64,000 nucleotides of DNA from Mosigvirus mar005p1, in the sequence record OZ035759.1; one strand, written 5' to 3'. Positions 8,989 through 17,271 of this stretch are shown here, in pieces (the stretch's first letter is position 1; every line of letters begins with the position of its first letter). The notes under the pieces were generated by a model. It worked only from the letters and a program-made list of their open reading frames with translations, did no database searches and was not told the DNA's origin. Both the position numbers and the translations under genes were made by a program.

Positions 8989-9938
8989 TATAACACCTCA
9001 ATGGCATTTCGTAAACCGTCCGCTTTCGCATTCAGAGCTTTTAACGATTTAGTTTGTTCTTTAATCTGGGCTTCGACTTCTTTCAGACGAGATTTGAGGT
9101 ACTCACGTTCTTCGCTCAAGTTGTCAACTTTTTCTACTTTAGGTTCTTTAATAGTCTTAAGTTTATACTCGTTAGGGTTCTTCAACTTAATTCGGGTACG
9201 AGAACTATATAACATTGAACCGTTATCTTCGGATTCGTCGAACGTTTCAACAACATCCATAGTCTCTAACAATGTAATAAGTTTATAAGACAACGAACGA
9301 ATAGTTTTGTTGTGCTTATTAATTTCTTCGGCTTTCATGGTGCCGAGATTACGTGAGTAGTAATAAGGAACCTGGATATCAATTGATAATGATGCGTTAC
9401 CGTTACCAGTTGGTTTGAATACTGCAGTAACCCAATCTTTAACATGAACTTTATTTGTACGATCATCGCCGCCTGTGAATAATTTACGTGAATGTTTAAA
9501 AAGCATATTCACTTGGTTATTGAATTCACAAGCAAATTTATCAGCAAATTTAGTTTCAGGAATGATAGCTAACCAATCAGCCAAATGAGTCTTTTTAACA
9601 TCATTAACAATAGTGAATTCAACCAAATCGGTTTTAGTTGTCACAGATTTAATAAAGCTCGGCTTCATAAAGTTTTTAATGTTATCGCGAGCTACAGTAG
9701 AAGATAATAAACGAGAACGTTTGAACCATTGAAGCAACGTCCCTAACGAATGAGAATACGCATTTTGAGTATCTTTACAGATATGATTTTCTTGGCCTAT
9801 GTATGTACAAAAATCGCGAAGAATACCACTTACTACATCTCGGTGTGGAACATCAAATCCTAGTGCACCAACAGCGCGCTGGGCATGAACGTTAGCGATA
9901 AGACCGGCAAAGTATTCAATGTAATGTGAACGTGTCAT
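8988..9938 (-). CDS. hypothetical protein (316 aa) with C-terminal coiled coil; tandem trio member A
   Basis: ATG with GAGAGGAAAA SD; own early promoter; heptad-rich C-terminus. Confidence 0.65.
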   Translation of the reverse strand: MTRSHYIEYFAGLIANVHAQRAVGALGFDVPHRDVVSGILRDFCTYIGQENHICKDTQNAYSHSLGTLLQWFKRSRLLSSTVARDNIKNFMKPSFIKSVTTKTDLVEFTIVNDVKKTHLADWLAIIPETKFADKFACEFNNQVNMLFKHSRKLFTGGDDRTNKVHVKDWVTAVFKPTGNGNASLSIDIQVPYYYSRNLGTMKAEEINKHNKTIRSLSYKLITLLETMDVVETFDESEDNGSMLYSSRTRIKLKNPNEYKLKTIKEPKVEKVDNLSEEREYLKSRLKEVEAQIKEQTKSLKALNAKADGLRNAIEVL

Positions 9939-9966
9939 AATATTTTCCTCTCGTTAAGATAGATTC

Positions 9967-9996
9967 ATTATACTCCAACCATCCTTGGTTGTAAAC
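9967..9996 (-). promoter_or_regulatory. early promoter (GTTTAC-N18-TATAAT) for tandem-trio gene A
   Basis: Minus strand GTTTACAACCAAGGATGGTTGGAGTATAAT. Confidence 0.55.
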
Positions 9997-10000
9997 TATT

Positions 10001-10960
10001 TTATGATTTTAACGCATTCATTGCGTTAAAAAGTTTAGAATACTGCAACTGGAGATTCGTTACAACACTTTGAGCATCACGAAGCTTAGCTTGTGCTTTG
10101 TCAAGTTCAACGGACAGTTGGTCTACAGTAGCCTTGATTTGATTGTAATGGTAATCTTCGGCCGGAAGAAGGTCATTAGAAACATTTAGTTTTACTGCAG
10201 ACAGTTTGCACACATTTGGCAAACCTTTAAACATTGATTTACCCGAAGTAGAATAAGCACTTAGGACTTCGGCTTGTTCAATTGGGGTCCCAGTAAGCGA
10301 TGCTTCAAACAATGCATTTTCCTTTTTAAGATTTTGATAGTATTCAGAGTCTTTGTGCCACCATGGCGCAGGAACCTTTTTACCAATAGATACACGAGCC
10401 TGGATAGCGATATGGCCCTTATTCTTGATAATGTCAATAATATTAAGCTCACGAGAATAAATCGCTTTAATCTGGTGGATATTATCACCTAAAACTTCCA
10501 ACGCTTGGTGGAATACACGAGCAACGTTATCATTCTTAGGTTTATACGTAAGAGTGAACTCGTTCTCACTGATAACCATGATTTCTAACTTATCGTAAGT
10601 ATATTTCAAATGTTTCATGTTAATTGCTTGAGGACGAATACGAGAAGCAATGGCCATCAGATTGTTAAGGTTATTCCGGAACTGCTTAGCGAAATATTGT
10701 CCTTCACCACCAATACAAAAATTACGAAGTTTCTGTTTGGCTAATAAACGGCTGAACTCACCATTTTTAATGAACTCTTTAACGGGTGTGTTAGTAACGC
10801 ATTCAAATTGAGTAAACTTACGAGAAGTAATCCCATAATATGAACAGACTTCCTCAATCTCTTCAGGAGTCTTTACAGGCATACGGATAGGATTAGGTCC
10901 TGGAGTATATGCGTTCGAGGTAAATTCTTTGATAAGTTCTCTACGTGTAATAAAAGCCAT
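10001..10960 (-). CDS. hypothetical protein (319 aa) with C-terminal coiled coil; tandem trio member B
   Basis: ATG; preceded by near-identical promoter sequence to member A; shares MA(I/V)A(S/A)R(I/L) motif with member C. Confidence 0.65.
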   Translation of the reverse strand: MAFITRRELIKEFTSNAYTPGPNPIRMPVKTPEEIEEVCSYYGITSRKFTQFECVTNTPVKEFIKNGEFSRLLAKQKLRNFCIGGEGQYFAKQFRNNLNNLMAIASRIRPQAINMKHLKYTYDKLEIMVISENEFTLTYKPKNDNVARVFHQALEVLGDNIHQIKAIYSRELNIIDIIKNKGHIAIQARVSIGKKVPAPWWHKDSEYYQNLKKENALFEASLTGTPIEQAEVLSAYSTSGKSMFKGLPNVCKLSAVKLNVSNDLLPAEDYHYNQIKATVDQLSVELDKAQAKLRDAQSVVTNLQLQYSKLFNAMNALKS

Positions 10961-10986
10961 TTTATATTCCTCATGTTGAAAAATTT

Positions 10987-11016
10987 ATTATACTCCAACC
11001 ATCCTTGGTTGTACAT
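10987..11016 (-). promoter_or_regulatory. early promoter (ATGTAC-N18-TATAAT) for tandem-trio gene B
   Basis: About 27 bp identical to the 9967-9996 element. Confidence 0.5.
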
Positions 11017-12011
11017 CATTCCTTAAGAAGTTTTACTACTTGAATAAGATTAGCTCGTTCTGTTTTATTTTTACCGTTTAAGCCTGCTAATCGTGAGATT
11101 TCATCGTCAGTCTGTTGAATAGTTACATTAAGTTCGTTAATCAAAGCTTCAAAGTATTTGATTTGCTCAGCATGTTTTGATTCAAATTTCTGAACCGGAA
11201 TAACGTCTTGGTTTAGTTCGTCAATAAGGTCTTTAAGAGCATCTTCTTGGTTGATATCATATTCAACTTCTTTTATTTCTTCAACGAGCTCGTCTTTATA
11301 TCTAACGTCTTTTAGTCCTGGAGCTGGTCCTGAAATCTCTTCTTTAAGAGTACAAACATACCCAATACGGTATCCAATGCCGTCTCGCTTGATATCAACT
11401 TCGTCGATAAATCCACAATGTTTAAGACCAGAGCCGATTAGGTTAAAATATCCTTGACGTCGTCCTTCAAACGTTACACGAACTACTAAGACAGTTTTGC
11501 CACCGACCTTTTGAAGCTCACATTTATAAAAGTCAGTTGAACCTGAATAACGTGGATGAGTTTTAAAGTTCATCTGACGATCTAGGCCCATTTGTAAACG
11601 TGCTGCTACGGCCATAAAACGTGTTTGGTTCTCGTTAAGATGAGCAACAATCCATTTCAAAGGCATTTTACACTGTTCACGACCGAACAAATCAGTACGT
11701 CCTAGATTACGCAGGATGTTGTTAGAGTTAATCATCGACAGAACGTTAAGTTTATTCAGCGCGCTGAAGATTCCATCAGCCATTGATTTTCCATAACCTT
11801 TACACGCTTTAATAAGTGCTCGCGGCAGATTAGTATAGATTTCAGACGGCATATGAAAATCAAATTTACTAACCAGTAATTGATGAACTTGGATAGCAAT
11901 TTGTTCATAATTAAGTGCTCTGCGATCGTTATGGTCTTTAAACCACACTTTAATCTGTGAAGCACATAAACCGTTAATTTCATGTTTTACCGCATCAGAT
12001 GTAATGCTCAT
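11016..12011 (-). CDS. hypothetical protein (331 aa) with C-terminal coiled coil; tandem trio member C
   Basis: ATG; possible MotA-box middle promoter upstream (CGCTTTA-N12-TATAAT). Confidence 0.65.
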   Translation of the reverse strand: MSITSDAVKHEINGLCASQIKVWFKDHNDRRALNYEQIAIQVHQLLVSKFDFHMPSEIYTNLPRALIKACKGYGKSMADGIFSALNKLNVLSMINSNNILRNLGRTDLFGREQCKMPLKWIVAHLNENQTRFMAVAARLQMGLDRQMNFKTHPRYSGSTDFYKCELQKVGGKTVLVVRVTFEGRRQGYFNLIGSGLKHCGFIDEVDIKRDGIGYRIGYVCTLKEEISGPAPGLKDVRYKDELVEEIKEVEYDINQEDALKDLIDELNQDVIPVQKFESKHAEQIKYFEALINELNVTIQQTDDEISRLAGLNGKNKTERANLIQVVKLLKE

Positions 12012-12073
12012 AACTATTTCCTCAGATTGAATTGGAACTCAAAACCATTATAACCCGTCCTTGGGTAAAGCGT

Positions 12074-12601
12074 TTATGCGTGAACCGTCTTTAAACGTTC
12101 TTCAAATTTCCGAAGAGTACTAATACGTTCTGCTTTCTGTTTTGTATAGTTTGCAATACGTTCTGAAGTGAGAGCGTATCGTTCGTTTACTGTTTCTTTC
12201 ATGAAGTCAGGGATTTCACGAGAAGCTTTAATTTCATCAAACTTATCGAGTACTGCCTGGTCTTCAGCGATTAAATTTTCGTACATCTCGATATCTTTCT
12301 TGATAAACTCGATATCTTCCTGGGTTACTTTGGATAAACGAGATGCTTTATCCTTTTTGTACTGCTCGTTAGTTTCACGAGACCAGAATAATGTACGTTT
12401 TTTGTTAGTGTTTTTGTAGACTTCCACAATTCCAACTGAATCGATGATAACAATCCAATTCCAGCGAGATTTGAAAATCTGACCTCCGTCCACGGTAATC
12501 TCGTTACCATAAGCAACGTCATTAAAGAACTTGCTTTGTGCTTCAGATTTAAATTTACCGTCGTTATAATTTACCAGGTTGAAAATATCTTTAGCGTTCA
12601 T
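12074..12601 (-). CDS. hypothetical protein (175 aa)
   Basis: ORF with ATG; C-terminal helical region. Confidence 0.6.
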   Translation of the reverse strand: MNAKDIFNLVNYNDGKFKSEAQSKFFNDVAYGNEITVDGGQIFKSRWNWIVIIDSVGIVEVYKNTNKKRTLFWSRETNEQYKKDKASRLSKVTQEDIEFIKKDIEMYENLIAEDQAVLDKFDEIKASREIPDFMKETVNERYALTSERIANYTKQKAERISTLRKFEERLKTVHA

Positions 12602-12659
12602 GTTTTACCTCCAGTAGTTGATAGGTCTATAATAACATAACCATAGACCTTGTAAACAA

Positions 12660-12947
12660 CTAAAAGAAACTTTTTTCGGTATTTTTTCCACTGAACCAAA
12701 CAGACTTCGGGATTTTTTGTAATTTTTCAGATTTAAGTTTCTCTTCCTGTTCTTTCTTATATACACTCTTGTCGTACTGGAGCATCTCTATGGCATTCTT
12801 TTGCAAATGATCTAAGGTAATTAAGGCTTTAGTTTTTCCTTTCAAGGAAGAGTCCTGGCGAACCTCCTCGCTATATTGCATCGTAGAACTAACCATACGA
12901 TGAGCATAGAGTTCGACTGCGGCTTTAATTTTTTGCATAAAATCCAT
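12660..12947 (-). CDS. hypothetical protein (95 aa)
   Basis: ORF; Lys/Glu-rich. Confidence 0.5.
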   Translation of the reverse strand: MDFMQKIKAAVELYAHRMVSSTMQYSEEVRQDSSLKGKTKALITLDHLQKNAIEMLQYDKSVYKKEQEEKLKSEKLQKIPKSVWFSGKNTEKSFF

Positions 12948-13084
12948 AACATATCCTCTTTGATTTGTACATCATTATTTTAAATATTTCTATGCCCTCA
13001 GTAGGTTCCTGGTGTCCTTCTTTGAGGTAAGCCATATGATTATTCATCTTTATGGCTTTTGTTACCTCAGAACTTCCTATAAGC

Positions 13085-14086
13085 TTATTTCAGTAAAGTT
13101 ACTTCAGAGATTTCCTCCCAACCATCTTTATCAGTTGAAATAAAATCTGCTACATAAAGAGCCGTACGTAATGATACATTGCGAAGACGAGATACGTTAG
13201 CCTTCATCCAGGACAATGCTTTATACGTTTCTGCATCCGTCAGACCACGTTTCTGCATCATGTCAGTAGATAATATTACATCTTCAACTCGAACCATAAT
13301 CTCTTCATTAGAGTGTACTCCAAGGTCGAGATACACTGAACGAGATACTAAAGCTTGAAGGTGTGGAGCAAGTTTCGAACCCCGTTCTAACTCTTTATCG
13401 ATATCAACGTTTGTAATGAAAACGATAGTACCTTCAAACTCAAATTCTTTATCAATACCCTTATCATCGAGATAAGATGACGCAGTGCTCCAACAAACTT
13501 TGCGTTTATCTCCGGTATCTAATGCTGCTTTAAGAAGGTTCAAGATGTCCATATCTGAGAATACGTCAACGTCGTCGATTAAGAGAACGCTGTCTGCATC
13601 ACGGTTGAGCCAAAGTTGTTCGTAAAGGCCAATACCAGAGATTTTACCATTAATGCTTTTGTATTTGATGAAACCATTATCATTAGCATTATTAAGTGCT
13701 CTATCCAGAGAATACGTCTTACCAATACCGGCTGCACCTGAAATAATGAGTGAACGAATTTTGCCATCGATAATGCCATTCGTCATCATGTTCATTACTT
13801 TAAAGCGTTTGTTGATACGAGTTTTCATATCTTCAGTGCTTTCAACAACTGCAACTGGTGATGTCTCAACTCCTTCCATTACGATGTCTGATTTGAAGAC
13901 CCATACTCCACGTTCAGAACCATCAATCATAACGAAAATTTTACCGTCACCTAAGTGGGAGCATTCAGGATTAAGCTTTGCCGGGAACCAGGTCTTTGTG
14001 GCAACATAAGAACCAGAGATTTCGTTATTACGATAGATACCTTTTTTGATTTGAACGTTGAACATTTTATTCTCCAATTTACTCAT
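13085..14086 (-). CDS. P-loop ATPase (AAA+-like), 333 aa
   Basis: Walker A GAAGIGKT and Walker B VLLIDDVD. Confidence 0.7.
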   Translation of the reverse strand: MSKLENKMFNVQIKKGIYRNNEISGSYVATKTWFPAKLNPECSHLGDGKIFVMIDGSERGVWVFKSDIVMEGVETSPVAVVESTEDMKTRINKRFKVMNMMTNGIIDGKIRSLIISGAAGIGKTYSLDRALNNANDNGFIKYKSINGKISGIGLYEQLWLNRDADSVLLIDDVDVFSDMDILNLLKAALDTGDKRKVCWSTASSYLDDKGIDKEFEFEGTIVFITNVDIDKELERGSKLAPHLQALVSRSVYLDLGVHSNEEIMVRVEDVILSTDMMQKRGLTDAETYKALSWMKANVSRLRNVSLRTALYVADFISTDKDGWEEISEVTLLK

Positions 14087-14140
14087 TTCGTTTCGATAGG
14101 TCTATAATAACATATCCTAAAAGCATGTACACTACTTTTT

Positions 14141-14180
14141 AAAAATATTTTAACCCCCTAAAGGGACCCGAAGGTCCCCA
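14141..14180 (-). terminator. hairpin (GGGACC-CGAA-GGTCCC) downstream of secreted-protein gene
   Basis: 6-bp GC stem with CGAA loop plus adjacent CCC/GGG pairing; U-tract interrupted. Confidence 0.4.
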
Positions 14181-14183
14181 CAT

Positions 14184-14465
14184 TTACTTATCGCACTTAG
14201 CAACATAATTAGGCATATCACAGAATACAGAGCGAGTAACTACTCGGCCCTTTGACCATGCTTCAGTTGCTTGTCCGGCCGTGCTATTAATATAGCTTGA
14301 TTTGATATTCTCAATACCCTGAGAATGTGATGCATTTACCGAACCATTGGAAGGCCCAGAAGACTGGTTACCACCAGCTCCTGCACTACCGCCGCCTGGA
14401 CCTGTGGTAGCACCAACAGAGAATGCCATCATTACTGCGAATAAACCAATTACTAATTTTTTCAT
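14184..14465 (-). CDS. secreted Gly/Ser-rich small protein (93 aa)
   Basis: Signal peptide MKKLVIGLFAVMMAFSVGA, then GPGGGSAGAGGNQSSGPSNGS, two C-terminal Cys; late-type TATAAATA upstream; hairpin downstream. Confidence 0.6.
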   Translation of the reverse strand: MKKLVIGLFAVMMAFSVGATTGPGGGSAGAGGNQSSGPSNGSVNASHSQGIENIKSSYINSTAGQATEAWSKGRVVTRSVFCDMPNYVAKCDK

Positions 14466-14496
14466 ATTTACCTCAAGTTAAGGGTTATTTATCTAT

Positions 14497-15486
14497 TTAT
14501 TTATAGTAAGAATTATGATTTTCGAGATAGACTTGCTCAAGGAAATCATCCCAGAAACTCATATCTACTTTTTGTTGCATACCGTTCTTAGCGGCTTGTT
14601 CTGACGCATGTTCAACTTGGTCAACGATATCTTCTAGGAATTCTTGTACAGTTTTAAACGTATGTTTACCAAGCTTAACATCGAGAATAAATGGAGCATC
14701 CTGAAGTGGGTAAACCAGGTCGCCGGTTTTGTAAATTTCCAATAATTGAAGTCCACCACGACATGCATGACTCAATGCTTTCCAGTCAATACCTTCGTTA
14801 GCTTCTGCCTTACGAGCACGTTCACCGTAGTTCTCTTCCAGTTTAACCAGGATGGCATTGAACTCTTTATTGGTTAACGTGTCTTGGAATTTACGGTCTA
14901 ACAGATTATAGAATGTTTGCTTACCTGTTTTCTCGTTTTCGGTTTCAACCCACGAAGCAAATTCACCTACAGGCAGAACATTCTTCATATGTGATAAACG
15001 AATTACTGCACCATTATCAAAGTATTGTCCCCATTCATTAGAACGTTTAAGGGCTTGTCGAAGAACAGCCAGTCGAGAGCCCTTGACACCGTATTTGGAA
15101 GCTTGCTTACGGACATACCCTAAATAAGATTTCATGTTAGTGGTATAGAAACGAGACCTGTTATCTTGAATATACTTCCACACGACAGGCAAATCAGATT
15201 TAACTACTAGACTTGGTGGAGTGTGAAGCATATCTAATGCGACGGTTTCACCATCCGCAGCTAGTTTAAAGAAATATTTGAGACTATACAACTCATGGTC
15301 CACGTCGTCTTTTGTGTTCTTAGAAGATGTGTTATTCGTGTTCTTGCTCATGTGTTCTTTAACGTTACCGGTCAAGATATCACGAGCATGAGGGACATAA
15401 ATTTCTTTAAAATCGACGTCAGATTCAGGAGTAGACGTTCCATAAAGGTGGCTACCAAAGTAAGTTTTCACAATTGTTTTCATCAT
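14497..15486 (-). CDS. predicted nucleotidyltransferase (Pol-beta superfamily motif), 329 aa
   Basis: N-terminal GSHLYGTSTPESDVDF matches the hG[GS]x(9-13)DhD nucleotidyltransferase signature; family not resolvable by eye. Confidence 0.6.
   Translation of the reverse strand: MMKTIVKTYFGSHLYGTSTPESDVDFKEIYVPHARDILTGNVKEHMSKNTNNTSSKNTKDDVDHELYSLKYFFKLAADGETVALDMLHTPPSLVVKSDLPVVWKYIQDNRSRFYTTNMKSYLGYVRKQASKYGVKGSRLAVLRQALKRSNEWGQYFDNGAVIRLSHMKNVLPVGEFASWVETENEKTGKQTFYNLLDRKFQDTLTNKEFNAILVKLEENYGERARKAEANEGIDWKALSHACRGGLQLLEIYKTGDLVYPLQDAPFILDVKLGKHTFKTVQEFLEDIVDQVEHASEQAAKNGMQQKVDMSFWDDFLEQVYLENHNSYYK
14498..14505 (-). promoter_or_regulatory. late-type promoter (TATAAATA) upstream of secreted Gly/Ser-rich protein gene
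   Basis: Exact consensus on minus strand about 33 nt upstream of the ATG at 14465. Confidence 0.5.
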
Positions 15487-15956
15487 TTAGCCTTATATTC
15501 AAGAGTAGGACAGACTTTTTCTTTACGAGCTTTAAGGTATTCACCTATTAATGATTTCTTACGTTCAATAGGCTCAAGTCCATTTTTAATTCGTTCTTGG
15601 TTTTGTGCAATGAGCTCAACTTCTTTATAATACTTCCGCTCTCTGTATAAGTCGATTAGCCACGGTATGCCTAATACTAAAACTATAGAAATACCAACAC
15701 ATAATGCAATGAATAAAACACCTACACCAATTGAAGCCGGAACTAATGTCCATAAACTACTAAAAACAAAGAATTTAGTTAAAATTTCCTGGCCAATGAT
15801 TGTGACTGCTGCTAAAATCGCAAATCCAATAATTGAAACAGACAATACTGGGATTAACGTTTTCCAAAAATAAGCACACAACGTTTTCGGACGATTCCAT
15901 GTACTATTGAACGCGGCATAAATTTTAAAGTGCCAAGAGTTTTCATTGATAATCAT
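15483..15956 (-). CDS. membrane protein (157 aa), 2-3 TM helices
   Basis: Hydrophobic segments; stop overlaps downstream start (ATGA). Confidence 0.6.
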   Translation of the reverse strand: MIINENSWHFKIYAAFNSTWNRPKTLCAYFWKTLIPVLSVSIIGFAILAAVTIIGQEILTKFFVFSSLWTLVPASIGVGVLFIALCVGISIVLVLGIPWLIDLYRERKYYKEVELIAQNQERIKNGLEPIERKKSLIGEYLKARKEKVCPTLEYKAK

Positions 15957-15965
15957 AATAATTCC

Positions 15966-16496
15966 TTATTTCAAAGTCGGGATAATAGAATCGAGATAAG
16001 CTTTAAGAGCAACTGCTTCATCTTTGTCTAATGTAACGATATGTTGACGAAGGTCATCAATTTGACGAATAACTACGACATCACCGTCTTCATAAGAAGG
16101 ATTAACGCCTAGGACTGTTGTATAGTCAGGGCGGTCCTGATTTGTAATAAAAGCATTACGGCATTTAGCCCATTGAAGTTTGGCCTTTTTGGCTGTTTCA
16201 GATTCCATGAATTCTTTCACCTTAGTGACAAATGTTTTCCAATTATTAATAGAAAAACATTCATCTTCAGTTTCGATATTAACCCCACTATAAAGTCCGT
16301 GATAAAAACGAACTTGAAGGTCTTCATCAATGTTAATTACAGATGCATGTCCGGGTGGATTGAGTTTCAAAATCTTGTCCAGTTCCATAGGAAGAATAGT
16401 AGCAGCATCATCTTCTTGTGTCAGAACATACACATAACCACGTTTTTCGATACATAAATCACCAAACAACTCGGTTGTTTCAATTACAGTTTTCAT
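15966..16496 (-). CDS. hypothetical protein (176 aa)
   Basis: Track start is TTG; ATG at 16494-16496 (MKTVIETTE). Confidence 0.6.
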   Translation of the reverse strand: MKTVIETTELFGDLCIEKRGYVYVLTQEDDAATILPMELDKILKLNPPGHASVINIDEDLQVRFYHGLYSGVNIETEDECFSINNWKTFVTKVKEFMESETAKKAKLQWAKCRNAFITNQDRPDYTTVLGVNPSYEDGDVVVIRQIDDLRQHIVTLDKDEAVALKAYLDSIIPTLK

Positions 16497-16508
16497 ATTA
16501 TTCACCAA

Positions 16509-16722
16509 TTAAAGTTTCAACAAAATTCACCAAATCATTCTTACGAGCATCAACCTGATTTCTATAAAAATTAAATAAGATCCATCAATTTATTAGCTTG
16601 TTCACGGGTCATTTTACCGTACTCGTTTCAATAAGATTCACTATGCCGTTTACCATGTTATAAGTAAACATCGGATAATTGTATTGTACTATAACATAAG
16701 CGATAAGCAAAAGTTTCATTTT
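16509..16722 (-). pseudogene. possible frameshifted remnant of a small early gene (or short 35-aa hydrophobic peptide gene)
   Basis: Early promoter at 16741-16777 then GGAGAACAAA-ATG at 16720-16722 opening a 35-codon ORF; two further short frames downstream read as a continuation if shifted; no ORF of 60 aa or more in this gap. Confidence 0.25.
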
Positions 16723-16740
16723 GTTCTCCATTTGTTTTGG

Positions 16741-16777
16741 TAGGACTACTATAACATAGTCCTACCAAGATGTAAAC
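16741..16777 (-). promoter_or_regulatory. early promoter with perfect palindrome TAGGACTA-N8-TAGTCCTA over the -10
   Basis: Minus strand GTTTAC-N18-TATAGT; one of four near-identical copies. Confidence 0.6.
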
Positions 16778-16983
16778 TACCGATTGTGTTTTAAATGTTG
16801 ATAAAGTTCTTCAACTTGTTTAGGGTCCAAAACAATTAAGTCATTTTCTTGACGAAGATAAATCCATCCCTTATCCCCAGGGCCATTTTTACAAAACATC
16901 ACCACCATATCATCATCTTCAGCGCTTTCAGGTAAAAGTTCAAGTACACCGTCTTCAGATTTTCCAGTATAATCGTAAAGCAT
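16777..16983 (-). CDS. hypothetical acidic protein (68 aa)
   Basis: ATG at 16981-16983 with GAGGA SD. Confidence 0.45.
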   Translation of the reverse strand: MLYDYTGKSEDGVLELLPESAEDDDMVVMFCKNGPGDKGWIYLRQENDLIVLDPKQVEELYQHLKHNR

Positions 16984-16990
16984 AATATCC

Positions 16991-17170
16991 TCACATAATC
17001 TCGTTAACATACATTTGCAATTCGGTGTGGGCGTCAGCCATCTTTTTCATAGCTCTGTTAATGTCGATGTCTCCATCTTCGCAACCATGAGCATTTTCCC
17101 AATCAGATACCGCATTAGCGTACTCTTCAATCAAAAACATTAACTTAGAAATTTTTTCTTTACGTGACAT
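16991..17170 (-). CDS. hypothetical small protein (59 aa)
   Basis: ATG at 17168-17170 with GGAGAA SD; track start is further upstream. Confidence 0.4.
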   Translation of the reverse strand: MSRKEKISKLMFLIEEYANAVSDWENAHGCEDGDIDINRAMKKMADAHTELQMYVNEIM

Positions 17171-17230
17171 AACGTTCTCCTCTAGTAAGTAAGGTTTACT
17201 ATAACACAACCTGAGGAGAAGTAAACTGAT

Positions 17231-17265
17231 AGATGCCAAAAAGCCCCGACCTTTCGGAAGGGGCT
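17231..17265 (-). terminator. rho-independent terminator after rI
   Basis: Minus strand AGCCCCTTCCGAAAGGTCGGGGCT followed by TTTTTGG. Confidence 0.6.
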
Positions 17266-17271
17266 AGTAAA

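Noticed and set aside
13653-14009. Plus-strand ORF (118 aa) inside the P-loop ATPase gene
   Set aside because: Antisense to a gene with clear Walker motifs; typical shadow ORF of an AT-rich genome.
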